A stretch of DNA of 64,000 nt from Squalus acanthias (GCA_030390025.1 JASTWF010000048.1:1178001-1242000); one strand, 5' to 3'. Shown: positions 21,956-36,274, counted from the stretch's first letter. The notes: generated by a model not told the origin, from the sequence alone. Numbers and translations are program-made.

Positions 21956-24291
21956 ATATAAAATTTATTTTACAAAGACCGCTGAATAAGTTTGTCACAT
22001 TGACTTACTTGGGATCAGTGCAACTATTCTGATTAGTTAATGAACCTTGTGAAGCACGGCTTCTGCAGTCGACATGAATGATGTTAGAGCTGAGGGACTT
22101 CAGTTATGCGGATAGACTAGACAAGCTGAGATTGTTCTCCTTGGAGTAGAGATGCTTAAGCACATATTCATCACAAGGTTACAAGCATTTAGAGACTTCA
22201 GTAATGAGGAGAGACTGGAGAAACTGGGATTTTATTCTCCTTCGAGCAGAGCTTGCTAACTAGGGAGATTTAATGTGTTCAACCTGATAGAGAATACGGG
22301 GAGAAACTGTTTCCACTGGTAGGTGCTTCGGAAAGCAGAGCACTCACATTTCGAATCTTTGGCAAAAGTATCCGAGTTGTAGGTCAGTAGAATCTGTTAA
22401 TATCGGCGACTTATCCTGATACGGAATGCACTGCCTGAAAGTGTGATGGAAGTAAATTCAATAGTAAGTTTCGAATGGGAATTGTCAAGATAGTTCAAAA
22501 GGAACATAAATTAAGAGTTATTCGGTAACAACAGCGGGTGGGAATAATTTTATAGGGAAGACCAAAACTACTGGTCATAAATACAACATACTCACGAATA
22601 CATCTACTCGGGAACTCAGGAGCAATCTGCTTATTCAATGAGTGGTGAGAATGTTTAAATTGTTACCACAAGGAGTGGTTGAACGGAATAGTATAGAAGC
22701 ATTTTAATGGAAGCTAAATAAGGACATGAGGAAGGAACGGATACAGGATTTAATTATTGGGTGAGATGAAGAGGCGTGGGAGGAGTGTCATGGTGGGACT
22801 AATTGGATAGTTCTTTCTAACAGCCGGACCGGGCTCGATGGGCCGAATGGCCTCCTTCTGTGCTGTACCTTTAATGATGCTATAAACCACAGAACATTGT
22901 TGCTTCAAAGTTCCCTCCAGATTCAGGCAGTGCGGGTTTCAGATCCCATTTGCGAAACGAGAATTAAAGTGTTAAATTCTTCGCGGGGCTGCTATCATAG
23001 ATTCTTTGAAAAACACTTCAAATGGCATCAAGAGTCTGATAGACAGGTGGGTTAACGGTTTTTAACAGACAGTCAAACATCTGTCAGGAGGCAGGTGTTC
23101 CAGTGAGAAACGGATCTGGAGCAGCATCTCGTCTTTGCACAGGGTGAAACATCGATCACACGTTTAAAGGTTCTGAGAAGTGCAATTTCCTATTAGTATG
23201 GGGTCGTGCCCTGTAGAGCAGAAAAGGTTAAGGGGTGTTTTGAAAGAGCTGCACAAAAGCATGATTGTTTTTCAAGGATTAAGTAATGAGAAACTGCATC
23301 CAGGGTCAGGAGGGTCGATAATCAGAGGAGTCAGATTGAAGGTAATTTACAAAAGAGCCAGAGGGCGAGATGAGTAGAATCTTTCTCCTGAGTGAATTGT
23401 TATGATATGGAATGCTCTGCCTGAACGGGTGGTGAAGCAGATTCAATGGTAATTTTCAAAAGGTAATTGGAGAAATACATGAAGCGGAATTATATTCAGT
23501 GCTGTGAGGAACCGGTCAGGGGATTGTGACCAATTGGATAGCTCCTTCAAAAATCTAGCACAGGCACGATGGACCGAATGGCCTTCTTCAGTGCTATATC
23601 ATTCAATGATTCTACGATAATCAGCGCATCTCTCGTCGCTATTGTGATAGCGCAATCAACACGTGGGAAAAGCATCTCCTCCGATAGCGTGAGCTTGGAA
23701 ACAATTCACTGGTATAATCGGGAGCTTTGTGTAATTCATTCCCATATTCCTACGCCCGTTATTTCAACACTAACCTGAACCCATTCACCCCTTCTCATAA
23801 TCTGTTGTTAAAATGTAAAGGATCGCTTAAGGAAAAGGACGTCCGAAATGTTGATTCATCATTTTTAATAATTAATAATCTATTGTAATTATCTGAAGCG
23901 AAAGAGAGTAAGAAGATGAATCTATATGCATAAAAAAGTAATCGATGATATATTACTTATGTGAACAGTATGTTTAAAGAATAGAGAATGGTAGATGATA
24001 AAACAATAGATAGATAGATGGTAGATAGATAGATATTGAGATAGCTAGATCAGAGCTAGATAGACAGATCGATGGCAGATCAATGCATAGATGGTAGATG
24101 GATAGAGAGATAGATAGTTTGATAGATATATAGACAGACTGACAGACAGACAGGCAGATAGAGAGTTAAATGGGTAAAGAGACACTCAAACAGACTCACA
24201 GAAATACAACGAGATAGATCTGTCTCGCACGGTTATTTCCTGCCGCCTTTGGGGTTTTTGTTGAGCTCCTTCATCTCTCTGAGTCACTGTG

Positions 24292-25208
24292 CAGACTCCA
24301 GGCGCAGTAATACACCGCCGAATGATTTGCCCACAGACTGGTGGACTCCAGGTAGAAGTGGGTGTCGTCCGGTCTCTTGGCGGTGAATCCATCCACCTCA
24401 CCAGAGGGAGTGACCATTTCGCGACCGTTAGAATAGAAAAGGTTTTCAGGCTCCCTGTTGTGATGCCAGCGGTACCAGTAGAAATAGTTAGCAGTTGTTG
24501 CTTTTGTGTAAAGGCACTGGATGCGAACTGGAGTGCCCGGGGAACTGGATACGGAAGCGGGAGTCTGTTCGATCAGCACGGCCCGCACATCTGTAAAACA
24601 GAGAAAGAGAGAGAGTAACAGATAAAACCAGGGAGACATTGCATATAGACAACCACCATGAAGGTGCAGAGCAGGGGAGAGTGAGAGTGAGAGTGAGAGC
24701 GAGATGGGGCGAGAGAGGCAGAGAAACACAGCGAGATGGAGAGAGAGCCAGAGGCAATGACAGAGAGAGAATGAGATACAGAGCGATAAACCGAGGGTCA
24801 ATCTACACATCGACAGAGGACGAGAAGGAGCACACGAGCAGAGAGCGATAGAAAAGAGAAACAAAGAAAGAGAGGCAGAGAGAGAGAGAGTCATAGAGAC
24901 AAAGTGAGAAAGACTCACAAAGAGAGAGAGTCATTGACAAGGGAAATATAAACGGGCAGTCAGGCCGTAAGACAGACTGAGAGAGATAGAGCGGCAGAGG
25001 TAGAGTGCGGCAGAGAGAGTGAGAGGCAGAGAGAGGGAGACCGACAGACAGAGAGCAAAATTTAAACCGAGGTAGAGAGAATCTACACCAGCCCGCGGTA
25101 TGAAGTGACACAAGGGGAAATAAACGTAATGGGCGCAACAATCTCAAAGCTCAGCTCCACCTTACCCGTTAACAGCAGCAACACAACCCAGAGCTGATGC
25201 ACAGCCAT
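24292..25208 (-). CDS. TRBV: TCR V gene segment, family A copy 3, apparently functional; leader 25166-25208, V exon 24292-24590
   Basis: V protein identical to A2; RSS CACAGTG (24285-24291), 23 bp, ACAAAAACC (24253-24261). Confidence 0.9.
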
Positions 25209-26471
25209 CTCTGGAGGGAGAAAGATCCGGGTTTTTATGATGTGATAGCACTGAGCCGTTTTATTGTAGAATATCACAAAGCTCTGAGCAATGAGTGGAA
25301 TTTACTGTCCCCTTCTCTCCACTGTTAATCTTTCGGATGGGAGGGGACAATCTCTCTTCAATTGTTCATTGGCTCCCACTTCGGGAAAGGTCATTTCCGG
25401 GGCGGGGCTAATGACGACCCCGGATAATACGTGGTCTGCCTCTTCCCTTTGATGGCGGAGGCTGGGGTTCTTTAAGCCTGTAACAACCCCAAGGCTCCAT
25501 CTGAGATACCAGTGATGGTGAGGGAGTGAGAAAAGCGAGTTATACTCCGTGTCTGAGTCATTCTGCGGATTTAATCTGCATTAATCTTTGAATGAGGGGC
25601 TTTATTCTGTATCTGACCAGGGAGAGAGGGGCTTCACAAGGAGTTTACCCACTGACTGAAGGGCTTTACTCTCTATCTAATCAGAGTGGTGGAACTCACA
25701 CTGTATCTAACTGATGGATCATGGGCTTTACTCTGTATCTGACCAGTATATGATGGCATTCACTCTGTACCTAATCAATAATTGATGGGCTTTACTCTGT
25801 ACCTAACTAAAGGATCATGGGTTTTACTTTGTATCTAACCAGTAAACGATGGGCTTCAATCTGCATGAGATCAATGATTCACGGGACCTACTCTGTATCT
25901 AATCACTCTATCAAGCAGGGCTGCCCATGTTTCTAACCAGTGCTCTCACTTATCTAAACCGTATTGATCGGATATCTAATCCGTGTTGCGCATATATTTA
26001 ATCAGTTCAGTCGCTGTACCTATCCCGCACTAGTTCCTGTATCTAACCAGTACTGTCCTTATATCTTACCTGTACTGTGCCTATACCTAACCCGTACTGT
26101 GCCTCAATCTAACACCTGCTGTCACTGTATCTAATGTGTGCTGTTCCTGTATCTTCGGAGCGCTGTGCCTGTATCGAAACCGTGCAGCCCATATATTGAA
26201 TCAGTTCAGTCCCTGTACCTATCCCCTGCTCTCCCTGCATCTTACGCATACTCTCCCTCTATCAAACACGTACTGTCCGGTATCTAACGCGTGCTCTCCC
26301 TGTACCTTACACTTGCTGTCCCTTCTCAGGCACCAAAACCGCCCCCCCACCCACCCTCCGCCTCTGGATTGACTCCACCCCGAGAGAAGCAGCGACTGGT
26401 TCGGTCCTGAGCCCCGTTTTCTGCAGCACCGGGTTTTTATTGCACCGTCCCGGCTCTTTGTGTCAACTGTG

Positions 26472-26900
26472 CAATCGCCAGGCGCAATAATACACCCCCG
26501 AGTGGTTCGCTCGCAGGCGGGCCGATTGCAGGTGAAATGTGGAGTCGTCGGGTCTAGAGGCGTTGAAGCCGTCCACCTCTCCCGCCGGCTCGATGCGGTC
26601 GGTATTGGGAGAGTAGAAGAGCAGCAAGAGATGTCCGTCTGGGAGCTGGCGGTACCAGGAAAACTCTGAGCTGAAGTTGCCCACCGCAGAACACGGATCT
26701 GCAGCGGCGAGTGCAGTGAATGGGAGATTACAGGCGGATTTTGCTGAACTTTGCCGTTTGCTACACCTGCGAATAGTAGGAAAATGACTGGATTAAAACA
26801 GGGGGCCGTTCACAGTCGGAGCCAAACTGCGCCCAAGCAATGCCGAGAGAGAATTACTGTGCAACAGCAGCGCAAACACAAGACATCGGGATAAATGCAT
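26472..26900 (-). pseudogene. TRBV: TCR V pseudogene, family B copy 3; leader 26858-26900, V exon 26472-26766
   Basis: Same 1-nt deletion before Cys23 and same CACAGTT/24-bp RSS defect as B1 and B2. Confidence 0.85.
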
Positions 26901-27307
26901 CTTGTTGTACAGTTTGCAGAAGAGAATCAAACGGAGATTTTTAAAAATCTGCTCTCCCGGCGGCTGCGTGGCGGCTTTAATTAACTGCAGTTCTGTTTGA
27001 TTGACAGCTGCTGCCCGCTTACTCAAGGCCCCGCCCCCTTACAGTCTGTTTGCCGGCTGTCGACATAACACCGCCCCCTCCCTGCTTCTCCCGACTCTTC
27101 CCGTCACTGAAGTCCTTCATCCCTGGTACCATCTTAGAAAATCTCCCATCCAACCTGTGTCTGCTCTGGACATCCGTCCGAAGGCGCGTTGCCCATCTTT
27201 GGATTCACTTTTCTAGCTGGGGCTGTAGAAACACATTTCTCAATTTCTAAAGATAGAAACAAAACGAACTATGTTGTGAGGAAGTTGTTGCTAAATTCGA
27301 TCCTGAC

Positions 27308-27353
27308 AGGGCACCAGAAATAAAACACTAAATTGGAGAAAATTGATATTCAT
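27308..27353 (-). other. Orphan family-C-like leader exon (MNINFLQFSVLFLVP)
   Basis: 46 nt, ATG, GT donor. Confidence 0.6.
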
Positions 27354-30121
27354 CTTGGGAGTGTAATGCAATCCGGCGGGTGCTCGTTTAGCAAAGAGTT
27401 CCGGTTCAGTCTTCAATCCGCTTCGGTTTGATTGGTATAGTGTCAGAGCCGGAAGTTGCAACGAATAGTTGCATGCGCCCATGGAGCAAATAAACATATT
27501 TAGCAGCAAATACATTGTATTGGACTACAGAATTCACCAACTAATTTTGATAGTGTTTGAATCGCTGCAGAATTATCTTTCTTCCTCACTGTCTTACTTT
27601 CTTCTTTCTTTCTTTCGTTTCTTTCTTTCTCTCCGTTTCCTTTTGTTTGTATTTCATTTTATGTCTCTCCCTTTCTTTCCTCATTTATTTTTTTAATTAC
27701 TTTTTTTGTCTTCCTTTCTTACTTGCTTTCTCTCCGAGGCTCCATGTAAGATGGCAGTAATGATGAGGTGGTTAAACAACCTCTTTCTCCCTCTTTTTAT
27801 TTTCCACTTTCAATCTCTTTTTCGCTTGGACTTTCTTATTGTTTTGTGTTTCCTGCTTTCATTCCATCGCTCCCCTCACTTTCTTCCTCCTTTCATCATT
27901 AACCTTGCCTTCTTGTCGTCTCCCTTCTCTTTCTTTCTGAATTACCATCAACAACTTGCATTTATATAGCGCCTTTAACGTAGGAAAACGTCCCAAGGCA
28001 TTTCAAAGGAGCTTGATCAAAAAAAAATTGACAATGAGACACTTAAGGAGATATTAGGGCAGATGACCAAAAGCCTGGTTAAACAGCGAGGTTTTAAGGG
28101 GCCCCTTAAATAAGCAATGAGGGGTAGAGAGGCGGAGAGGCTTAGGAAAAGATTTCAAGAGCTTACGGCCTCGGCAGCTGAAGGCACGGTCGCCAGTGGT
28201 GAAGCAATTAAAATCGGAGATGCGGAGCAGCCCAGATTTGCAGGAACGCAGATATCTCGTACGGTTGTGTGATGCTGGAGGAGGTTTCAGAGAGAGTGGA
28301 GCGAGCCATGGACGGATTTGAAAGCAAACATCAGAATTTTAAAACGGAGGCGTTGCTCAACCGGCAGCCAATGTAGGTCAGCGAGCACAGGGGTGATGGG
28401 TGACCGGTGCTTGGTACGAGTTAGAATAGGGGCAGCACAGTTATAGTTTAGGGAGGGTGGAAGATGGGAGTCCGGCCAGTAGTGCGTTGGAATAGTCAAG
28501 TCTGGAGATAACAACGGCATGGAACAGAGTTACAGCAGCGGATGAGCTGAGGCAGGGGCAGAATCGGTGATGTTACGCAGGTTCAAGTAGGCGGTCTTAA
28601 TGATGGCGCGAAGTTCTGCATTGGTGTTCCCCAATATTCAGTTTTGGATCCATTAATCTTTGCAATTTTTACAAAAACTTCCTAGACTCGGTTGAAGGAG
28701 CAGTATCATCAAGTATTCAAATTACGCATAACATTTCGAAGTAGTAGATGATGATAAGGATAGTTTTAGAATTCAGGATGACATAGACAGGACGGCTAAA
28801 TCGGCAGAAGCATGGCAGATGCAGTTCAATTTTGGAGAAGTGTGAAGTGGTCCACTTTGGAGCACTAATATGGAAGGAGTGGATACTATGAATGGCACGA
28901 TTTTGCAAAGTGTAGATGAGCAGAGAGACCTTGGTGTTCATATACATAAAACCTTAAAGGCGGCAGAGTAATTGATATGTGGTTTAAAAAGAATAAGGGT
29001 TACTTGGGTTTATAAATAGTTCAGTAGAAAATAACAACAAAGAGATCATAATGGAACTTTAGAAAACACTGGTTAGGACTCATCTGGACTTTTCTGGACA
29101 ATTCTGGCACCTAACTGCAGGAAAGATGTAAAGGCCTTAGAAAGGGTACAGAGGAGGTTTACCAGAAATGAGGGGCTTCAGATATGAGGAGAGGTTGGTA
29201 AAGTTAGGTCTGTTCTCTTTGCAACAGAAATGTTTAAGAGGTGACCTAACAGAGATTTTCAAGACAATTACAGGTTTTGATAGAGAAAATTATAGAAGTA
29301 GAAAAAGCTATTCCCTCTGGCGAGTGTGTCAATAGCCGGCGTTCATAGAAAACTATAAAAATAGGCATGGCTCATTCTGTACCAAAGCAGGTCGTGGCAC
29401 AGGCTACATTGAAGCTACAGCGCCAGTTAATGGCAAAAACGTGAAACTACAAGCAACTGGATCTTGTTACTTTCCAGGTACTACTGATATGGTAGGTATT
29501 TTCAACTCATGTCCTGAAATTGATTTGGCTTCTAATTATTTTCTCATCTGCTTCAGATGTTGACGATCTAACATAGAATTGCATCGAATTTACAACACGG
29601 AATCCTGTCCAATTGGACAATGCAGGGCTTTATCCTGTACAGGTGGCACCTCCCACCTCACTTCATCTCACCCTATCAGCAGAACCTTCTACTCCTGTCT
29701 CTCTCGAGTCTTTATCCAGCTTCTATGGTATATGCCTCAAGCAGTCTTTGTGGTAGCATGTTCCACGTTATCAGCACTCTCTGTTTCATGAGGTTTTTCC
29801 TGAATTCCTTTTTTAATTTTGTAGTGACTATCTTATATACATTGCCCCTATTTTTGACCAATCCCTAAAGTAGAAACACAATCTCTACATCTACCCTATC
29901 CAAGCCTTCCACAATCTTAAATTAAGCCAAGTGTGGTCTAACAACCCCCAAATGGAGACCAGCGCTGTGTACGGTATTCTAATTGTGGTCTAACCAAGTT
30001 ATATGGGATTAGAACTGAGCGCTGGCCGCTGTTCTCTGAATCCTCTGTAAAATTACACAAGTCTGAGGCCAGCACGTCTGAGGGTTTTGGTCTCGGCGGC
30101 GGATGACTCTGAAACGCTGTG

Positions 30122-30420
30122 TCCCATCAGTAGCAGCACAGAAATACAGCGGACAGTCGGGAAAGAGGCGGCAGAGATAATAAAAACAATCGGATGTAAT
30201 TGAGAAACTCGGCTGGATTTTCAAAATTAAGTCGAGGCGTAAAATTTGCATTGTGGAGTCGCCGATTCTCAAACGCAAGTTAAAATCTACGCGATAATTC
30301 TGGGATTATAGCCAAATTAACAACATATTGGATGATACTAGAACATCACTTATAATTGTTCAACATTATCTTACTCGATCCCAGCAATAAAAGAGCAAAG
30401 ACCAACAAATTGAAATGCAT
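30122..30420 (-). pseudogene. TRBV: TCR V pseudogene, family C copy 3, internally deleted; leader 30375-30420, V remnant 30122-30157
   Basis: Only 36 of 309 nt of the V exon remain (CPL joined to YFCAATDG); acceptor AG changed to CG; RSS CACAGCG, 23 bp, ACCAAAACC retained. Confidence 0.88.
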
Positions 30421-30529
30421 CGTTGAGGGCGATCGACGGTCTAATGCCCCAAATGGGGACTGACAGAGAGAGCCACGCTGATTATTACGCATATGCAAAA
30501 TCCAAGGTCAGAACCGGAATTGCGTAAAA

Positions 30530-32250
30530 CAGAAAGAAAGAACTTGCATTTCAAAAGCGCGATTCAAGACCTCAGGACGTCTCAAAGCGCTTTGCAATCA
30601 ATGAAGTACTTTTGAAGTGTAGTCGCTGTCGTAATATAGGAAGCGCAGCAGACCAATTTCCGTACAGCAAGATCACACAAAGATCAATGTGATAAATCAA
30701 AAGAACTTCGTTTCAGGCAAAAATAGGGCCTCGACAACTACCACTAGAAGTAAAGGGAATCAGGGGTTACGGGGAGCGAGCTGGAAATTGGACATGAGTT
30801 TGAGTTCGGATCGGTCAAGGCACTGTGGGTGGCGGAGCGGGCCCAGGGCCCGAGTGGCCTGGTCCTGCTCCTACTTGTGTTCTTCAGAGTTGAGGTTGGA
30901 TCAGATCAGCCATGATCTCATTGAATGGCGGAGCAGGCTCGAGGGGCCGATTGGTCTACTCCTGCTCCTATTTGTTATGTTCTTAAATACGTCACAGTAT
31001 GAGTGCGAAACTTTACATCCACCTGAGAGGGTCGGCAGGGCCTAGGTTTAACTACTCCCTCGGTACTTCCCCACAGAAGGTACAGCGCTTCCTCAGTACT
31101 ATCCCTCTGACAATGCAGCGCAAAAGCCGCACTGTTCCACCGAGTGTGCAGCACTACCTCAGCATTGCAGCTTCCGACAGTGCGGCATTCCATCAGTACT
31201 GTCCCTACGACAGTGCAGCGCTCCGTAAGTAGTGCCTTTCTGAGAGTGCAGCACTCCGTCAGTACAACCGTTACTACAGTGCAGCATCTCGCTCAGTAAT
31301 GCACATCCGACAGTGCATCACTCCGTCAGTACTGCCCCTCCGACAGTGCAGCGTTTCCTTAGTACTGCCCCTCTGACAGTGCAGCACTCCCTCAGTACTG
31401 CCCCTCCGACAGTGCAGATCTCCCTCAGTACTGCCTCTCCGAAAGGGAAGCTCTCGCTCAGTACTGTCCCTCCAACAGAGCAGCACTCCCTCAGTACTGT
31501 CCCTCCAACAGTGCAGCACCCCCTCAGTACTATCCATCCAACAGTGCAGCTCTCCCTCAATACTAACCCTCCAACAGTGCAGCACTCCCTCAGTACTGTC
31601 CCTCCAACAGTGCAGCACTCCCTTAGTACTGTACCTCCAACTGTGCAGCTCTCCCTCAGTACTGTCCCTCCAACAGTGCAGCTCTCCCTCAGTACTGTCC
31701 CTCCAACAGTGCAGCACTCCCCCTTTTACTGTCCCTGCAAAAGTGTAGCTCTCCCTCAGTACTGTCCCTCCAACAGTGCAGCACTCCCCCATTACTAACC
31801 CTGCAACAGTGTAGCAATCCATCAGTACACGCCCTCCAACAGTGCAGCTCTCCCTCAGTACTGCCGCTATGAATGTGCAGCACTCCCTCAGTACTGCCCC
31901 TCCGACAGTGAAGCTCTCCCTCAGTACAGCCGCTCCGACAGTACAGCGCTCACTCAGTACTGCCCCTGTGACAGTGCAGCCCTCCCTCCGTACTTCCCCT
32001 CCGACAGTGCAGTGCTCCCTCAGGACTGCCTCTCCAACAGTGGAGCATTCCGGCAGTGCTGCCCTCTGGCAGTGCAATGCACACGGAGTACTGCCCCTCC
32101 GACAGTGCAGCGCTCCCTCAGTACTGACCCTCTGACAGTGCAGCGCGCCTGATTCCTGCACTGAATTCACTTTAGTCTCTAGAGAGAGAAGCAAATCCAC
32201 ATCCTTCTGTCTTAGTGGCGCGAATGGTACAAACCCATTCGCAGCTGACA
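30530..32250 (-). mobile_element. Deu-domain SINE with 30-bp minisatellite (about 31052-32145), interrupted by plus-strand CR1 3' tails (about 30750-30985)
   Basis: Roughly 36 units; CR1 tail ggcggagcaggctcgaggggccga...ctcctgctcctat. Confidence 0.72.
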
Positions 32251-34549
32251 ATATATCGGCCATTAATCTACAAAGATTCCCGAATAAGTTTGTCACATTT
32301 AATTACATGGGATCTGAGCAACAATCATGATTAGGTAATGAGACTTGTGAAGCACGGCTTCTGCAGTCGACATTCAATGAAGTCAGGGCTGAAGGACTTC
32401 AGTTGTGTGGATAGACTAGAAAAGCTGAGATGGCTTTCCTTGGACTGGAGAAGGTTAAGGGGAGATTCACCACAAGGGTACCAGAGTTTAGAGGCTTCAG
32501 TAACGTGGAGAAACTGGAGAAGCTGGGGTTTAATTTCCTTCGAGCAGAGCTGGCGATGGGGAGATTTAATGTATTCAATCTTATAGAGAATACGGGGAGA
32601 AACTGTTTCCTTTGGTAGGAGCGTCGGAATGCAGAGCACTCAAATTTCGGATCATTGGCAAAAGTATCCGAGGTGTAGATCAGAAGAATCTGTTTAATTC
32701 AGCGAGTTACCATGATACGGAATGCACTGCCTGAAATTGCGATGGACGTAAATTCAGCCGTAAGTTTCAAATGGGATTTGGCTATACAGTTCAAAAGGAA
32801 GATACATTAAGGGCTATTCGGTAAGAGCAGGGAGTGGGACTAATTTTATAGGGGAGGCCAAAAACTAATGTTCATAAATATAACATACTCACTAATACAT
32901 CTGCGAGGGAATTCAGGAGCAATCTGCTAATCCAAAGGGTGATGAGAATGTTTAACTTGTTACCACAAGGAGTTGTTGAAGTGAAAATTTAGATGCATTT
33001 AAACGGAAGCTATATTAGGAGAATGGGGTAGAATCAATAGAAGGATTTCCTGATATGGTGAGATGAAGAGGCGTAGGAGGAGGATCATGTGGGCTTATTG
33101 GAGAGCGCTTTCTAACATCCGGACAGGGCTCGATGGGCCGATGGGCCTCCTTCTGTGCTGTACCATTAATGATTCTATAAACAACTGAACATTGTTGCGT
33201 CAAAGGTCCCTCCAGTTTCAGACAGTACAGCTTCTTGTGTGCATGTGAAACACAAGAATTAAAGGGTTAAATTCTTAAGGGGGCTGCACTCCTAGATTCT
33301 TTTGAAAAACACATCAAATTGCATCAAGAGTCTGATAGACAGGTGGGTTAACGGTTTTCAACAGAAACTCAAACATCTGTCAGGATGCAGGTGTTCCAGT
33401 GAGAAACGGATCTGGAGCAGCATCTCGCAGGGTGAAACATCCGTGACACGTTTAAGGGTTGTGCCCCTTAGACAGAGAACGTTAAGGGGAGATTTGAAAG
33501 AGGTGTTCAAAATCATGAATCATTTTGCTTGATTAAATGATAAATGAATTTCAATTGTGTCAGGAGGGTCACTAAACAGAGGAGGAAGATTTTAGGCAAT
33601 TTACAAAAGAACCAGAGCGGGAGATGAGTAGAATCTTTCTCCTCAGTGAATTGTTATGATCTGGAATGAGCTGCCTGAACGGGTGGTGAGGCAGATTCAA
33701 TAATATTTTTGAAAAGGGATTTGGATAAATACTTGACGCTGAATTATATTCAGTGCTATGGGGAAAGTGTCAAGGGATTGTGACCAATTGGATAGCTTCT
33801 TCAAAAATAACGCACAGGCACGATGGACCGAAAGGCCTTCTTCTGTGCTATATCATTCTATGATTCTATGATAATCAGCGCTTCTCTCGTCGCTATTGCG
33901 ATAGGGCAAGTAACAGATGGGATTTGCACCTCCTCCGATAGCGTGAGCTTGGGAACTTTTCACTGGTATAATCGGGAGCTATGCTTAATTCCTTCCATTA
34001 GTCCTACGTCCGATCTTTCAACACTAACACGAACCCATTTACCCCACCACATAATCTGCTGTTAAAAAGTAGAGGACCCTCAATGAAAAGGACATCCGAA
34101 ATATTGAAACAGAATTTTTATTCATTAATAATCTATTGTAATAGTCTGAAGAGAAAGAGAGGAAGAAGATGAATCAATATGATGAAAAAAGTAATCCATG
34201 ATATATCATTTATTTGAACGGTATGATTGAAGAATAGCGCTAGATAGATGATAAAATGATAGATAGATAGATAGATGATAGATAGATATATATTGAGATA
34301 GATAATTCAGAGCTAGATAGACAGATCGATGGCAGCTCGATGCATAGATCGCAGATTGATAGAGAGATAGATAGATAGAGATTTAGATAGATAGATAGAT
34401 AGATAGATAGACAGATAGATGAATAAATGGGTAAAGAGAAACACAAACAGACTCACAGACAGACATCGAGACAGATCCGTCTTCGACAATGATTTCCTGC
34501 CGCCTTTGGGGGTTTTTGTTGAGCTCCTCCATCTCTCTGAGTCACTGTG

Positions 34550-35456
34550 CAGACTCCAGGCGCAGTAATACACGGCCGAGTGATTTGCCCGGAGACTGGT
34601 GGACTCCAGGTAGAAGTGGGTGCCGTCTGGTCTCTTGGCGGTGAATCCATCCACCTCACCAGAGGGAGTGACCACTTCGACTACGTTACAAAAGAAAAGG
34701 TTCTCAGGCTCCCGGTTGGGATGCCAGCGGTACCAGTAGAAAGAGGTAGCAGCTGTTGCTTTTGTGTAAAGGCACCCGATCCGGACAGGAGTGCCCGGGG
34801 AACTGGATATGGAAGCGGGAGTCTGTTCGATCAGCACGTCCCGGACATCTGTAAAACCGAGAGAGAGAGAGATAAACCCAGGGAGACAATGCATATAGAC
34901 ACCCACCATGAAGGGGCAGAGGAGGGGAGAGAGAGAGAGTGTGGGCGAGAGTGGGCGAGAGAGGCAGAGAAACACAGCGAAATGGAGAGAGAGACAGAGA
35001 CAATGATAGAGCGAATGTGACACAGACAGAGAAACCGAAGGACAATCTGAGCATTGAAAGAGAACGATAAGCACTCCACGAGGACAGAGCGATAGAAAAG
35101 AGAAAGAAAGTAAGAGAGGCACAGAAAATGAGATACATAGAGACAAAGTGAGAGAGGCTCACAAAGAGAGAGAGTGAGAGACAAGGGAAATATAAATGGG
35201 CAGACAGGCAGTAAGACAGACTGAGAGAGATACAGCGGCAGAGAGCGAGAGTGCGGCAGAGAGATTGAGAGGCAGAGAGAGGGAGACATGGAGACAGAGA
35301 GAGCAAAATATAAACCGAGGTAGACAGAATCTACACCAGCCCGCAGTGTGAAGTGACACACAGGGAAATAAACGTAAGGGGCGCAAAATTCTCACAGCCC
35401 TGCTGCACCTTACCCGTTAGCAGCAGCAACACAACCCAGAGCTGATGCAAAGCCAT
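34550..35456 (-). CDS. TRBV: TCR V gene segment, family A copy 4, apparently functional, extra Cys near CDR2; leader 35414-35456, V exon 34550-34848
   Basis: Leader MALHQLWVVLLLLT; intact V; RSS CACAGTG (34543-34549), 23 bp, ACAAAAACC (34511-34519). Confidence 0.9.
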
Positions 35457-36274
35457 CTCTGGAGGGAGAAAGATCCTGTTGTTTATGATGTGATATCACT
35501 TGATCGTTTTATTGCAGAATATCACAAAGTTCTGAGCAATGAGTGGAATTTACTGTCCCCTCCTCTCCAATGTTAAACTTTCGGATGGGAAGGCCAATCT
35601 CTCCTCACTTGTTAATTGGCTCCCGCATCGGGGATGGTCATTTCCGGGGCGGGGCTAATGAGGAACCCAGATAAACGATTTGATGGCGGATCGCTGGGGT
35701 TTTTTAAAACTGTAAGTAACACGAGGCTCCATCGCAGATACCATTGGTGGTGAGGGAGTGAGAAAAGGCAGTTATACTGTCAGTCTGACTCATTTTGTGG
35801 ATTTTTTCTGCATCGAATCAGTGAGTGAGGGGTTTTATTCTGCATCTAACCAGGGAGTGAGAGACTTTATTCTGAGTCTAACCATTGAGTGTGGGATTTA
35901 CTCTGTATATAATCAGTGAGTGCTGGACGTAAATCTGTAACTAAGCAATGAATCATGGGCTTTGCAATGTTTTTGACCAGAGTATGATGGGATTCACTCA
36001 GTACCTAATCAGTAATTGATGGGCTTTACTCTGTATCTAATTAATGGTTCGTGGGTCGTACATTGTAGCTAAACAGTAATTGATGGGTTTCACTCTGTTT
36101 CAAATCAGTGATTCATGGGCCCTATGTATCGAATCCCTGTACCCAGGGCTACCCATGTATCTAACCCGTGCTCTCACTTATCTAAACCGGGTTGACCCTG
36201 TATCGAACCCGTACTGTCCCTGTATCGAACCCGTACTGTCCCTGTATCTAATGCGTGCTGTCCCTATACTTTGA

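Noticed and set aside
30140-30150. Germline RAG-mediated origin of the C3 deletion (breakpoint next to a CAC)
   Set aside because: No nonamer or partner signal; microhomology explains the junction
31274-32296. 340-aa and overlapping repetitive ORFs; superficial resemblance to a CRISPR array
   Set aside because: 30-bp SINE-derived tandem repeat with no unique spacers, open in many frames, eukaryotic context
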